36,317 nucleotides of DNA from a virus (IMGVR_UViG_3300022936_000021:1-36317); one strand, 5' to 3'; shown: positions 1-8,670, numbered from the stretch's first letter. Notes: generated from the letters alone by a model not told the origin. Program-made: numbers and translations.

Positions 1-130
1 CGGTAGTCAGAAGCTAAAGACCGTGAAATTGAAGCTATAAAAGCCGAAACAGCACAGCGGTCTATTGATGCAACCGACGAAATAAAAAAACTAAACGAGT
101 TAGTTGAGAAGCACGGTAACTCAGGTCTTA
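1..130. repeat. Terminal direct repeat (copy 1), circular assembly overlap
   Basis: 1-130 matches 36188-36317 except position 4 (T vs G at 36191); exact match is 126 nt. Confidence 0.95.
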
Positions 131-158
131 TCTATTTCTCAACTGGAAAGAAAAAGAA

Positions 159-527
159 ATGAACGTGTTTGCATTAAGTATTAGTTCAGTTTTAGACTTC
201 ATTGCTAATCACGCGATCGGTTTCTCTTTTTCAATATCAATCGTTACTATGCTTATATTTGGGGTACTTCTTGTTATTCAGACATTAGAATGGATTAACA
301 CACGAGACTTTTTAAATCGTTACCGTGGCTTTATCTGGGGCCTTCTGGTCGTATCTTTTCTCGCAATGATACCAGTTGCTTACTATCTTTACCTTCGTCT
401 TATAGGTGTTGATGCAGAATCCATCGAATCAATAAGGAATCTTGCTACAGTATCTGCTAGACTAGGTACACTAGCACAAGCTTTATCGCTAGCATTTATA
501 TTCTTTTATAGAGCAAAGGAGAAATAA
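159..527 (+). CDS. Membrane protein (about 3 TM), lysis region
   Basis: Three hydrophobic segments; ATGA overlap with the ORF that wraps the join. Confidence 0.7.
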   Translation: MNVFALSISSVLDFIANHAIGFSFSISIVTMLIFGVLLVIQTLEWINTRDFLNRYRGFIWGLLVVSFLAMIPVAYYLYLRLIGVDAESIESIRNLATVSARLGTLAQALSLAFIFFYRAKEK

Positions 528-592
528 TGGAATACCCACAAGCACCGACACCTCCACCAGTTGCACCAGATAACACAGAAGAGCCGAAATAA
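527..592 (+). CDS. 21-aa Pro-rich peptide MEYPQAPTPPPVAPDNTEEPK
   Basis: Strong AAGGAG SD, TAATG coupling to the upstream gene, ends just before the endolysin ATG. Confidence 0.55.
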   Translation: MEYPQAPTPPPVAPDNTEEPK

Positions 593-594
593 TA

Positions 595-1368
595 ATGGAG
601 CAGGTATATACTCCTAATGTTTTAGTTGCAGCGGTTCGTGCTTTTTGCTTAAAGTATATTGACGATGCAGGAAACGCACCTTCAAGGACTGCAACCGCAA
701 GATATTCATGGGAAGTTGAACGAAACGCAGGTCGTATTAAAACTACAACTATACCCGAGAACGTCTGGCTAGTAGGGTGGTTAGACTTTACTGCAGGAAT
801 GTACACAAGCTACGGCCACGTGTTCTTTATTAAAAGAAATGGCAATAACTACCAGATATACGACTCAGAAGTACAAAGTAGATCACGTGTAATAATGCAA
901 AACGGCAAGTTAGTAAACCTAGGATACTACAAGTCAATAGAAGAATTATTATCATGGTTTGGTGCATATAAGCCTAAGTATATAGGGTGGAGTACACACT
1001 GTGACGGAAGAGAATACGCAAAATTAAAGGAGAATAACATGGGCTTGATTCAGGATACACAAGAATGGTTTAGACGATGTAATGATACGCAGCTTAGGAT
1101 ACTTAATAGACCGCTTAGACGAGAGGTATTCGTTACCTTTGTTGGTGTTGATTTTTTGCATTTCGTCGAGGAGTGTTCAGACAACCCAGAAGCTGACTTA
1201 GTACAAACTTGGCAAGTAACTGGCAAGACCGCAGTTACAGATGATTGGGAGGGTCAGATATATAAACTACAGGATCAATTAAAATCTGCAGAAAAGCAGA
1301 TAGATGACTTAAAAGACAATTCAGAGTATATTAAAATTACAGACCTGTATATTAAAAAGGAGAAATAA
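595..1368 (+). CDS. Putative endolysin: CHAP/NlpC-P60-like Cys-His peptidase plus C-terminal domain and coiled coil
   Basis: FCLKYIDD, YGHVFF, IYDSE and YIGWS motifs; next to holin. Confidence 0.7.
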   Translation: MEQVYTPNVLVAAVRAFCLKYIDDAGNAPSRTATARYSWEVERNAGRIKTTTIPENVWLVGWLDFTAGMYTSYGHVFFIKRNGNNYQIYDSEVQSRSRVIMQNGKLVNLGYYKSIEELLSWFGAYKPKYIGWSTHCDGREYAKLKENNMGLIQDTQEWFRRCNDTQLRILNRPLRREVFVTFVGVDFLHFVEECSDNPEADLVQTWQVTGKTAVTDDWEGQIYKLQDQLKSAEKQIDDLKDNSEYIKITDLYIKKEK

Positions 1369-1369
1369 T

Positions 1370-1636
1370 ATGGAATTTTTATCAGCAGCAACAGCATTAT
1401 CAGTGGCAGCAGTGCTTCTAATCACAGAGCTACTAAAGCTCGTACCGGTTAGTTTTACCACTAAATATCCAGCATGGGTAAATGCTATCGTATCAGTAAT
1501 CGCAGCTATTGTTGTGGTATCACCTAGTTTGACGTTTGTAAGCGTATTGGAAACACTTGGACAGGCGCTATTCATTGCTGTCGTAGCCGCTATCTCATAC
1601 AATCAGTTTACGAGTAAGCTAAAAACTAATGTCTAG
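1370..1636 (+). CDS. Putative holin (3 TM, basic C-terminus)
   Basis: 88 aa, three hydrophobic helices, AAGGAG SD, directly after the endolysin. Confidence 0.75.
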   Translation: MEFLSAATALSVAAVLLITELLKLVPVSFTTKYPAWVNAIVSVIAAIVVVSPSLTFVSVLETLGQALFIAVVAAISYNQFTSKLKTNV

Positions 1637-1780
1637 CTGAAGATACCTAACTCCAGCTCAGCGAAAAGTTGTAAAACTTATCCGAGAGGTGAGAAAAAAT
1701 AGAGAATCTAAAAGGCTAATCAATAGAATCAAGACTAGATTCAGCAAAATAAGATAAACTATTCAAGGCAGGCAAAACAT

Positions 1781-1806
1781 AATCCAGGTATATCGCCTGG
1801 GTTTTT
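1781..1806 (+). terminator. Intrinsic terminator ending the late/lysis operon
   Basis: AATCCAGG/CCTGGGTT stem followed by T-run. Confidence 0.65.
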
Positions 1807-1814
1807 GCTATACT
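1806..1814 (+). promoter_or_regulatory. Extended -10 promoter, leaderless start
   Basis: TGcTATACT, 6 nt before ATG 1821, no SD. Confidence 0.6.
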
Positions 1815-1820
1815 TAGTAT

Positions 1821-2039
1821 ATGAAAATATACTCACGCTGTCCGCAATGCGGAATAGAAGGCTTAAAGATTAGGCAAATACTAAGAGAGCACCCTGATGC
1901 AGAGGTTATCAAGACTAACACTAAAGAACTCATGGAAGAACAGAGAAGTCTAATGAAAAAGGGCGGATTTATTGGTTATGCTGTAGGTATTATCGTAGAA
2001 AATGATGAGATAAGGAGCCTCAGAGATTGGAAACCTTAG
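1821..2039 (+). CDS. Glutaredoxin/thioredoxin-like CxxC protein
   Basis: N-terminal KIYSRCPQC, 72 aa. Confidence 0.5.
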   Translation: MKIYSRCPQCGIEGLKIRQILREHPDAEVIKTNTKELMEEQRSLMKKGGFIGYAVGIIVENDEIRSLRDWKP

Positions 2040-2269
2040 CTTTAGCCCTTGGCATTTACGGTATTACTCATCTTCTTGTATATAAAGACGGTCCGTTTAA
2101 CTCAATAAGTTATATCAGGGAACGATCGCTTGGCTTGATGGAATGCGTACCTTGTTTAACGTTTTGGGTTTGCCTCATACTATCTTTTCATTACGGATTC
2201 ATAATATCTGGCGCTATACTTGGTATAGTTATTTTACTTGACAAAATTACTACAAAGCTTATGCTGTAA
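2027..2269 (+). CDS. Membrane protein, DUF1360-like
   Basis: DGPF..IR and LMECVPCLTFW pattern flanked by TM segments. Confidence 0.55.
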   Translation: METLALALGIYGITHLLVYKDGPFNSISYIRERSLGLMECVPCLTFWVCLILSFHYGFIISGAILGIVILLDKITTKLML

Positions 2270-2282
2270 TAAAAGGAGTAGC

Positions 2283-2648
2283 ATGGATTTATCTAAAAAA
2301 GACACTGTCAGTAGCAAGATACCTGAAATTGATTCGGTATATGTTTACAAAACAAACGTTGAAGCATCATTGAATAAGAGAAACCAATTAGGTACAGGAT
2401 ACCGCTATAAGTCAAATAAAGCACTATTTAAGGCAGAAGAAGACGAGATATACACATATCACCAAACTATTGTAGTAGATAAGGTTATGCGCGGCATTAC
2501 GATCGTAACTAAATGCGATAAGGTAACTCCAGTTAAGCAATTATTCTCAGAAGTAAAAAAGAAAATCAAGGAAGACGAAGCTACAAAAAAGCTATTCTTC
2601 GCTACTAAATCTACACCTAGGGAAATCGGTGTATACTTTACTTACTGA
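2283..2648 (+). CDS. Hypothetical protein
   Basis: AAGGAG SD before ATG 2283. Confidence 0.65.
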   Translation: MDLSKKDTVSSKIPEIDSVYVYKTNVEASLNKRNQLGTGYRYKSNKALFKAEEDEIYTYHQTIVVDKVMRGITIVTKCDKVTPVKQLFSEVKKKIKEDEATKKLFFATKSTPREIGVYFTY

Positions 2649-2649
2649 T

Positions 2650-2895
2650 ATGGAAGTTATACGTGGTCGGGGCGTAACATTTCATTTCAACGGTAATCTT
2701 ATATATGTTCAATATGGTGGAGCAACATACAGTATAGAACACCTGTCTAGGCCGGACGGTAAAGTATATCCTAAAAGGGACTTGAAAACCATTATAAAGC
2801 GTGGTGATATTGAAAACATAGTAGACCTATATTCGTGTATAAACATGCGCTTTTACATAAAAAGGATCGGAGAATTACCATGCGAATTGCAGTAA
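2650..2895 (+). CDS. Hypothetical protein
   Basis: Tightly packed in the operon. Confidence 0.6.
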   Translation: MEVIRGRGVTFHFNGNLIYVQYGGATYSIEHLSRPDGKVYPKRDLKTIIKRGDIENIVDLYSCINMRFYIKRIGELPCELQ

Positions 2896-4073
2896 AATAC
2901 GCTGTTATACCCACAGGAAGTAGACCAACTGAATATGCAAATGTAATTGAGTGGTGTACAAATAACTCTGTTATACCTATCACAATTACAACCTCAGCTG
3001 AAGCAAGGAAGTATGCAATAGGAATTACTATTGATGATGATGGTCTAAACATATCAACGTGGTGGAACTTAGGGCTTGACTACGCATATAGCAAGGGTGC
3101 TGATATTGTTCTAATACTTAATGATGACGTTGTTATGCCAAGCAATTGGTTAACTCCTATTACTAAAGCTATCGAAGAGGGTGCTAGTGGGGCAAGTGGA
3201 GAACGTGGCAACGGTGTTATCAGTGGCTATGCCTTTGCGTTGAATGCTAAAGATGGGATTAGAGCTGATGAGAACTTAGTATGGTGGTACGGCGATGACG
3301 ATATTCAGCGCCAATGTGAAAAAACTAATGGCTTCGTATGTGTACCCAAGCTACCTGTCAAAAACCTATATGCTTTCATATCTTCACGCTCACGCAAGCA
3401 ACAGATAGAGCTTGATAAGACTTATTACTTCAATAAATGGCGCTTAGACGTTACTGTTGTGGTTGCTACTCATGGAACAGAAGAATGGCGCAGTATGGGC
3501 GATAAAGCTCAGTTGTCAGCCCAAGCTACTGGTGCAAAAGTAGTAAGGGTGCATCTTGACAAAGGAACAGTTGCAGAAGCTCGCAATGCCGGTCTTGCTC
3601 AGGTTACTACTAAATATGTAGTGTTTCTTGACGCAGATGATGACTTAGAGCCTGACTACTTCAACGATGTGCGACCTGCAGCAGATGTTACTGTTACAAG
3701 CATTAAATATCCTTACAGTAGACAGCCAACTATTCCAAAGGTGTGGCAGCACGAAAAAAAGAGGGACAAGCTACATGCTGGACCTTGTGTGGGCGCTTGC
3801 TTAGTAGATGGTAATTGGGTTCACGTTGGTGCTATATGCAGTACTGAGGCCGTTAGAGCTGTCGGTGGGTTTAGAGAGTATCCAGTATATGAAGACTGGG
3901 CTTTATTCTTAGCGATGCAGCAAAATGGAGCCACTTTTGATACTCACCCACAATCTGTTTACTCAGCTTCAGTTAGGACTCACGGTAACCACCGCAATAG
4001 TTCTATGCCAATCCGTCTCCGTAATCGAGTTCATGAAGAGATATATAATGATATTGTAAAAGGCTCAAAGTGA
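2880..4073 (+). CDS. Two-domain GT-A (GT2-like) glycosyltransferase
   Basis: WNLGL..LILNDD..WWYGDDD in domain 1; ARNAGL..VFLDADD..GGFREY..EDWAL in domain 2. Confidence 0.9.
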   Translation: MRIAVKYAVIPTGSRPTEYANVIEWCTNNSVIPITITTSAEARKYAIGITIDDDGLNISTWWNLGLDYAYSKGADIVLILNDDVVMPSNWLTPITKAIEEGASGASGERGNGVISGYAFALNAKDGIRADENLVWWYGDDDIQRQCEKTNGFVCVPKLPVKNLYAFISSRSRKQQIELDKTYYFNKWRLDVTVVVATHGTEEWRSMGDKAQLSAQATGAKVVRVHLDKGTVAEARNAGLAQVTTKYVVFLDADDDLEPDYFNDVRPAADVTVTSIKYPYSRQPTIPKVWQHEKKRDKLHAGPCVGACLVDGNWVHVGAICSTEAVRAVGGFREYPVYEDWALFLAMQQNGATFDTHPQSVYSASVRTHGNHRNSSMPIRLRNRVHEEIYNDIVKGSK

Positions 4074-4717
4074 AAATCGGAGTCACAATTATGGCTCATC
4101 CAAAGCGTAGGGAAAGCGCATACGCTCTATTTGAGATACTGAATAAACAAACTTTTGCAGATGTTTCTATTACATGGGACTCTGAAAACAGCGAGTGGGA
4201 GACAGGTTCGAGAGCTTGGGAATATCTAGGCGAGCTAGACACTGACTACTCTTTGGTATTACAGGATGATTGTATTATTAGTGAAAACTTATACAAGAAT
4301 CTAAATAACGCTATACAAAATATACCAAAAGAAGGTGTATTATCTTTGTACTTAGGAAAAGTAAAGCCCCATCGCGGTTCTGTTCAAATGGCGTTTAATC
4401 ATGCTATTAGCTTAGGATGTTCGTATATTACCTGCCGAAACCTTTTGTGGGGGCCAGCTATAGTTATTCCCACACACAGTGTACAAGCCGTTTTAAGCGT
4501 ATCAAAACCATTAGTTAATTACTTATACGATATTAGGCTTGGAATGGCCGGCAGTGCCTTAGGAATGCCCATATACTACACAACTCAGAGCCTTGTTGAC
4601 CACGATGATGACCTAGGAAGCTTAATCGGGCATGAAGTAAAAGAAAAAAGATGCGCTCATAAGTATCAACCAGATGTAATTGAGAATTGGAACAGTAAAA
4701 CTATAAAGCTTTTTTAA
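4070..4717 (+). CDS. Glycosyltransferase-like protein (actinophage type)
   Basis: IMAHPKR, LVLQDD, SLVDH motifs; GTGA overlap. Confidence 0.75.
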   Translation: MKIGVTIMAHPKRRESAYALFEILNKQTFADVSITWDSENSEWETGSRAWEYLGELDTDYSLVLQDDCIISENLYKNLNNAIQNIPKEGVLSLYLGKVKPHRGSVQMAFNHAISLGCSYITCRNLLWGPAIVIPTHSVQAVLSVSKPLVNYLYDIRLGMAGSALGMPIYYTTQSLVDHDDDLGSLIGHEVKEKRCAHKYQPDVIENWNSKTIKLF

Positions 4718-4718
4718 A

Positions 4719-4750
4719 AGTAAATAGCCGGTTTAATTACCGGCTAGATG
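4719..4750. terminator. Terminator hairpin between converging units
   Basis: TAGCCGGT (4725-32)/ACCGGCTA (4739-46); T-rich tail on the minus strand. Confidence 0.7.
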
Positions 4751-4811
4751 TTAATACTCAATGCACAAAAGGTTCTTCTTCTCTTCCGATCAGACTTTTC
4801 TATATTATCAC

Positions 4812-4925
4812 AAATAAATACAGCGCCATAATAGTGTAGGGGCGCTGTATTCACGTGGAGTTGTTTATTTAATGGCATAATGCGAATGCCGGAAAGTGCG
4901 CAAGCAATGTGGTGCTTGCTTGATA
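4812..4925 (-). ncRNA. Candidate small RNA (two hairpins plus terminator)
   Basis: TGcTATAAT at 4939-4931; stems GCAAGCA/TGCTTGC, GGCAT/ATGCC, 11-bp AATACAGCGCC/GGCGCTGTATT then T-rich tail. Confidence 0.5.
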
Positions 4926-4955
4926 TTAGGATTATAGCATAAGTTATTTAGTTTT

Positions 4956-5534
4956 TTACTTTGTTCCCTGCTTATCTTTGAAGGCGGTAAGTTCTTCTAT
5001 ACGGTTTGAGTTGTAAGCATAAGGCGTGCAGCCATAAGGACCGTGTTCATAGTGTTCATTCGCTATAGCTTGATTAACTTCGTCTATACGCTCTCTTATG
5101 CCGTATTGCTTGATGAAATCAGCAATTAAATCATAAGTAGCATCAATATCAATTGCTAGAAATTCTCCATCATCAGTTTCAATTGTTACCGCTTCTCTCT
5201 CAAGTAATACTTTAAGTTCTGAGTTTAAATAACCAGTTTTATTAGCATCAGACAGCGCTTTTGTTTCATCTTGCATATTTTCATAGCGAGAAACTTCTAA
5301 AGACGGCATCTGATATGGGTCGGACATTTTTTTATTCTTTAGCTCATCATCTTTACTAGAGTCCAACACTAGATTTTTAAAGTTGCGGTCTACTAAATCT
5401 GCAATCTCAGGATCGAGGCTTTTATCGTTATCAACAACTGTATAAAAAGGTACATTTGAAATACCAATATATGGTTTACAGGAGTGGCCCAATGCAGTTG
5501 GCTGTCCACATCTATCGCATAGTAGTTGTGCCAT
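4956..5534 (-). CDS. Hypothetical protein with N-terminal CxxC..HxC Zn-finger and RIDE/RIEEL motif
   Basis: CDRCGQ..HSC; ERIDEV..NRIEEL. Confidence 0.7.
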   Translation of the reverse strand: MAQLLCDRCGQPTALGHSCKPYIGISNVPFYTVVDNDKSLDPEIADLVDRNFKNLVLDSSKDDELKNKKMSDPYQMPSLEVSRYENMQDETKALSDANKTGYLNSELKVLLEREAVTIETDDGEFLAIDIDATYDLIADFIKQYGIRERIDEVNQAIANEHYEHGPYGCTPYAYNSNRIEELTAFKDKQGTK

Positions 5535-5887
5535 TACTTGCCCTCCAGTTTATTAAGTTGGTCTTGAAGGTCTATGATGCGACCAGCCTTATATTCTTCA
5601 GTTATATACTCGTCACGACTAATCGAAAATAACTTTACCTCTTCTAGCTTAGATAATATCAAAAGCCTATCAAAACGTTCCTTAGTGATCCAAACCCTAG
5701 TTTCGTTTGCTGTAATCTCTTTGTGATATTCATCAACTGCCTTAATCAATAGCTTTTCGATGGCTTGGTGAGTTATTTGAAATGGAGCTAAGCCATTATA
5801 ATCCCATTTACCATCCGTGAAGTTTTGATAGTCTTTTCTGGACTTAATTATAATTTCGGATATAGGGTCGTTAGTTGGATTGCTCAT
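5534..5887 (-). CDS. Hypothetical protein
   Basis: Coupled ORF in the leftward operon. Confidence 0.7.
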   Translation of the reverse strand: MSNPTNDPISEIIIKSRKDYQNFTDGKWDYNGLAPFQITHQAIEKLLIKAVDEYHKEITANETRVWITKERFDRLLILSKLEEVKLFSISRDEYITEEYKAGRIIDLQDQLNKLEGK

Positions 5888-5997
5888 AATAGCTCCAGAA
5901 GATTATCGTTTATAATTTGCTGCTGCTTGTTGGTGAGTGGTACAGAATCAATGAGCTCAATGTCAACGTCTGGCGTATCCTTAAACTTAACTAACAT
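5884..5997 (-). CDS. 37-aa hypothetical protein (MLVKFKDTPDVD...)
   Basis: Fills the gap, AAGGA SD, ATGA overlap. Confidence 0.55.
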   Translation of the reverse strand: MLVKFKDTPDVDIELIDSVPLTNKQQQIINDNLLELL

Positions 5998-6223
5998 AGC
6001 GTTCCTTTATTGATTGGATAGTCCAAATAGGTATCATTGCCATATCTGCCGCTTTTAAATGTTTTGTATTTTTGGCCAGTTCACTTATTACCGACTTAGC
6101 CTCTGCATTGATTAGATCAAGAAGGTTCATCCGTTCATCGTATTGAAATGGGTCGAACCATTCTTCAACCCTATATATCTGACATATCTTACCTTTTAGT
6201 TCTTTTTGCTTTGTATTACTCAT
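5987..6223 (-). CDS. Hypothetical protein
   Basis: Coupled ORF. Confidence 0.65.
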   Translation of the reverse strand: MSNTKQKELKGKICQIYRVEEWFDPFQYDERMNLLDLINAEAKSVISELAKNTKHLKAADMAMIPIWTIQSIKERYVS

Positions 6224-6681
6224 AACTCAATCTTCCTATTAAATTCGCCAAATAATTTACTAGCATGGTCGTTATATGCAGAAGCTGCGTCTCTTTCGGA
6301 TTTAAATAGTCCCAAGTATTTACCACTACACATAGCTTGCCATCGTTTAGCCTGTGCGTGCCATGTTACACCTTTGTAGATACTAGTCGCTTTGGCATAT
6401 TTACCTCTATTCATTGAGTTTTGTTGCCTAGTAACTATTCTCAAGTTTGAACGACTATTATTTAACCTATTGCCATCAATATGATCGGCGATACCGGGGT
6501 TGTGTATATCTAACCCGAGTATAAATCTTGCCATGTGAATATTGCGGTTTTTAGTTGAACGAATAGCATATCCGTCTTTATCTAGTCTCCAGCTATATTT
6601 AGTTAACCAAAGATAATCATCATCATCGATAACTATTTCTTTACCGTCGCTTGTGTAAATAATTAACATACTACAACTCAC
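6220..6681 (-). CDS. HNH-AP2 homing endonuclease
   Basis: HMARFIL..DHIDGNRLNN.RSNLR..QNSMN (HNH_3) plus YKGVTW..W.A..YLGLF..AA.AYN (AP2). Confidence 0.9.
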   Translation of the reverse strand: MSCSMLIIYTSDGKEIVIDDDDYLWLTKYSWRLDKDGYAIRSTKNRNIHMARFILGLDIHNPGIADHIDGNRLNNSRSNLRIVTRQQNSMNRGKYAKATSIYKGVTWHAQAKRWQAMCSGKYLGLFKSERDAASAYNDHASKLFGEFNRKIEL

Positions 6682-7081
6682 CTACCTTCTTGAGGGCTAG
6701 AGTGAGTTTTAGGTTGGCATTCAAAGCGACATCGTCAGTCAGCACGCCAATTAGTGGGTGATCGATATGCCCACCTTCGTCAGTAAATCCATAACCTGTA
6801 CCATAGCTTCCGTCATCAAACTTTTCAAGATAATAAAAATAATCTGTTTTATTATAAATTAATTTCGCTGGCAGCTTCTCTAGTAGGTAGTCGGAGGTGT
6901 AGAGAGGGTGCCATTCATCAACATCATCCACGTTGTCCTCGTGAAGCGGTATTACTCTCCAATGCTTCTCGCCTTGATTAAACTCATCTATAAAGGCATA
7001 GCATTTTTCCGTGCTGTCCCACATCGGTAATCGCTCATATACTTCCTTACATAGCTCAAATAGTTCGGTGTCGTTACTCAT
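6671..7081 (-). CDS. Hypothetical phage protein
   Basis: PLYTSDYLLEKLP motif; coupled ORF. Confidence 0.7.
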   Translation of the reverse strand: MSNDTELFELCKEVYERLPMWDSTEKCYAFIDEFNQGEKHWRVIPLHEDNVDDVDEWHPLYTSDYLLEKLPAKLIYNKTDYFYYLEKFDDGSYGTGYGFTDEGGHIDHPLIGVLTDDVALNANLKLTLALKKVGEL

Positions 7082-7344
7082 CTTGCTATTCCTCTCTCTA
7101 GTTCTTTAATTCTTGCTTTAATCTCTGACTCGGGTATTTGTTCTGAATGGCCAGTAAATGATTTTAATTCGTTGATTATTTCTGTATCAACGAGCTTCCT
7201 GACATGAGGCCCAAGGTAAACCGATGCTCTTAATTCAAACTCTTTAGCGTGCGGTATAGACATGTAGCCCATAGCGCTGGATGCTAAAGAGTTGCGTATA
7301 CCATTCCATATGCGTTCTATCTCGGTTAGTTTTGGTCTACTCAT
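7078..7344 (-). CDS. Hypothetical protein (RIKEL family)
   Basis: Likely start MSRPK at 7344 after GGAGG. Confidence 0.65.
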   Translation of the reverse strand: MSRPKLTEIERIWNGIRNSLASSAMGYMSIPHAKEFELRASVYLGPHVRKLVDTEIINELKSFTGHSEQIPESEIKARIKELERGIAR

Positions 7345-7714
7345 CCTGTGCCTCCAACTCCCTACGTTCCTTATCGATTTTGCCTGACTGGTATGTGAGA
7401 TACACTTCAATATCAACATCCTCCGGGTAGCGTGCGCTCACTGTTGTGAAGCCTTCGTCGGTCAGTTGGTCGAGTAGTTGATCGGAATGGAATAGGTACG
7501 TGTGGTCAATCTCTTGCTGAGGGTCTTTAACGTAGATGTGATTCATATCCTCATACGGTTCACTGAACACGAATAGACGTGTGTTGAAGTACGTTAGGAT
7601 AGCTTCTCGAGCCATAAGACGTACAAGTACTTGAGGACTCTTACGTTCAATTAGGTGCTCTTGTTGTTTAGGTAAGTTGATACCGTGTTCTGGTGAGCTT
7701 TCAGGAGATGCCAT
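7337..7714 (-). CDS. Hypothetical protein
   Basis: 125-aa ORF, TAATG coupling. Confidence 0.7.
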   Translation of the reverse strand: MASPESSPEHGINLPKQQEHLIERKSPQVLVRLMAREAILTYFNTRLFVFSEPYEDMNHIYVKDPQQEIDHTYLFHSDQLLDQLTDEGFTTVSARYPEDVDIEVYLTYQSGKIDKERRELEAQDE

Positions 7715-7908
7715 TACTTATCTCTTTCATCTTTAGGTTGGTTTAGTGTGACTTGATCATCGTATAGAGCCACGGCTTGCAATAAGTAGTTTCCATCTAA
7801 ACCTAGGGCAACGCCACCAACTAATTCATAGCCTTTAGAAACATAATCTTCGACTTTATCTATATCTATAACCATATAGCTTTTTATATATCGCCAAGTC
7901 TTACTCAT
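7714..7908 (-). CDS. DUF1737-like small protein
   Basis: KVEDYVSKGYELVGGVA..LQAV pattern. Confidence 0.55.
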   Translation of the reverse strand: MSKTWRYIKSYMVIDIDKVEDYVSKGYELVGGVALGLDGNYLLQAVALYDDQVTLNQPKDERDK

Positions 7909-8266
7909 CAGTCTCTCCCTCTCCGTTAGTCGTAGTGGTGAGGACTTCAAGACGTCCCTTAATTCGTATCTGCATTTTCTTCATAGATTGGTTAGCTATC
8001 TCTGATTTATCTAATGCTGACAGCTCATCAATCCTCGCAAGTTGCTCTACCTCTTTTACTCGTGTAGTAACGTAGGTATTTATTTCAGGAATAATGTCGC
8101 TGATAAACTGGTATATTGCAGTATCACCATCGTCGTGGTCATTCTTAAACAACGCTACCGCATTACGTTTTGCTTCATTGAATAGTAACCTAAGCTCAAC
8201 TTCTTCTAAGGGGTAGGACTCTCGTACTTGTCGCTCTAATTCACTTTGGCTATCTCGTTCGGTCAT
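7901..8266 (-). CDS. Hypothetical protein (ARIDEL family)
   Basis: LARIDELS..RIKGRL. Confidence 0.7.
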   Translation of the reverse strand: MTERDSQSELERQVRESYPLEEVELRLLFNEAKRNAVALFKNDHDDGDTAIYQFISDIIPEINTYVTTRVKEVEQLARIDELSALDKSEIANQSMKKMQIRIKGRLEVLTTTTNGEGETDE

Positions 8267-8670
8267 AGATTCACCCTTAGAGCCCAGCTACGCTCAAACC
8301 AGCCATCTCCGTCTAGCGATGACGTATCAATTGAGTTTTCTAAATTTTCACCGTGAACAGTCCCCTTGTAACCGCCGGCATCCATAAGTATTTTAGCCTG
8401 TGCAAGTGCAACAGATCTTTTTTGTTCACTTTTTATAGAGTCAATCTTTTTTATAAACGGCTCTGACAAGTCTAGCCCTGCAACGGATAACATTCTAATA
8501 TCATGCATTGCATCTTCTTTGAATTTTTCAAGCTTTTCTACATGCTTCACAACAAGTTCTGGTACATTTATTTTATCTTCTGCTAACAAAATTTGCATTA
8601 GTAATGATATTTCTTTACCGTCTAATCCCTGAACTATGTCTACTACTTCCAGCACCTTATCTACGTTCAT
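8263..8670 (-). CDS. Hypothetical protein
   Basis: ATGA-coupled ORF. Confidence 0.7.
   Translation of the reverse strand: MNVDKVLEVVDIVQGLDGKEISLLMQILLAEDKINVPELVVKHVEKLEKFKEDAMHDIRMLSVAGLDLSEPFIKKIDSIKSEQKRSVALAQAKILMDAGGYKGTVHGENLENSIDTSSLDGDGWFERSWALRVNL

Noticed and set aside
1-130. Biological direct terminal repeat
   Set aside because: The 126-nt exact match falls mid-gene and fits a k-mer assembly overlap
1629-1757. TGA recoding (genetic code 4 or 25)
   Set aside because: TGA is a normal stop in many coupled genes (e.g. 4073, 16920) and long genes have no in-frame TGA
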